Source: Nitrospirota bacterium (GTDB lineage Bacteria > Nitrospirota > Thermodesulfovibrionia > Thermodesulfovibrionales > UBA9159). Taken from it: a DNA stretch of 48,748 nucleotides. The DNA lies in contig CAVOUE010000001.1 in the NCBI GenBank assembly GCA_963699545.1, positions 1 to 48,748 of the forward strand, given 5' to 3'. The notes under the pieces were generated by a model, which was given only the letters and a program-made list of their open reading frames with translations, searched no databases and was not told where the DNA came from. The translations under genes and the position numbers were made by a program. Within the stretch, counting starts at the first letter, position 1, and the number at the start of each line of letters is the position of its first letter. Shown piece by piece: positions 48,672 through 48,748 of the stretch.

Positions 48672-48748
48672 GCTACATTCCTCCTATTTATCCCTGACCG
48701 TGTCGCCGCAGAAGTGGCAGTGGCCATTGGTGCGGCAAAAGATAAGTT

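Noticed and set aside
47098-48707. Recurring TGTCCC-like motifs near gene ends (47098, 47701, 47831, 48697; also ~10068 and ~11944)
   Set aside because: Too short and degenerate to distinguish from chance by eye.
1-48748. CRISPR array, tRNA/rRNA, integrase or transposase
   Set aside because: No regularly spaced repeats, RNA gene signatures or recombinase motifs were seen.

Overview
Bacterial genomic window, probably from an anaerobe (a Nitrospirota/Desulfobacterota-like origin is inferred from gene content only). Many single-base frameshifts look like uncorrected long-read errors. Bases ~1-35,500 form a sulfur/methyl metabolism island with five parts: (i) a sigma54-driven operon of OsmC, a cytoplasmic molybdopterin oxidoreductase, an FeS subunit, a second OsmC and a NitT/TauT ABC transporter with three permeases; (ii) a GAF-containing sigma54 activator, tusA, an FmdE-family gene, modE and a MoeA-like gene; (iii) a Methanosarcina-type coenzyme M (CoM) precursor module (cysteate synthase plus fused ComDE) translationally coupled to an HdrD-like FeS protein, with further HdrD/HdrE(NarI/DsrM)-like genes and a second sulfonate-type ABC importer; (iv) a corrinoid methyl-transfer cassette (two MtaA/CmuA-type Zn methyltransferases, an MtrH-like methyltransferase, a corrinoid protein, a RamA/RACo-type activase, QueG-like, CMD and DUF6951-like proteins); (v) OsmC, HEAT, CobW and an exported rhodanese. 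A MacB-type ABC exporter, a two-component system, an HD protein, rsmA and a toxin-antitoxin/Mrr cluster follow. The leading candidate for an undescribed system is a bacterial, archaeal-style CoM (or related thio-sulfonate) synthesis, import, methyl-transfer and disulfide-reduction locus. Four GG-N10-GC sigma54 promoters, a ModE-type box and a two-copy palindromic intergenic element were also found by eye.
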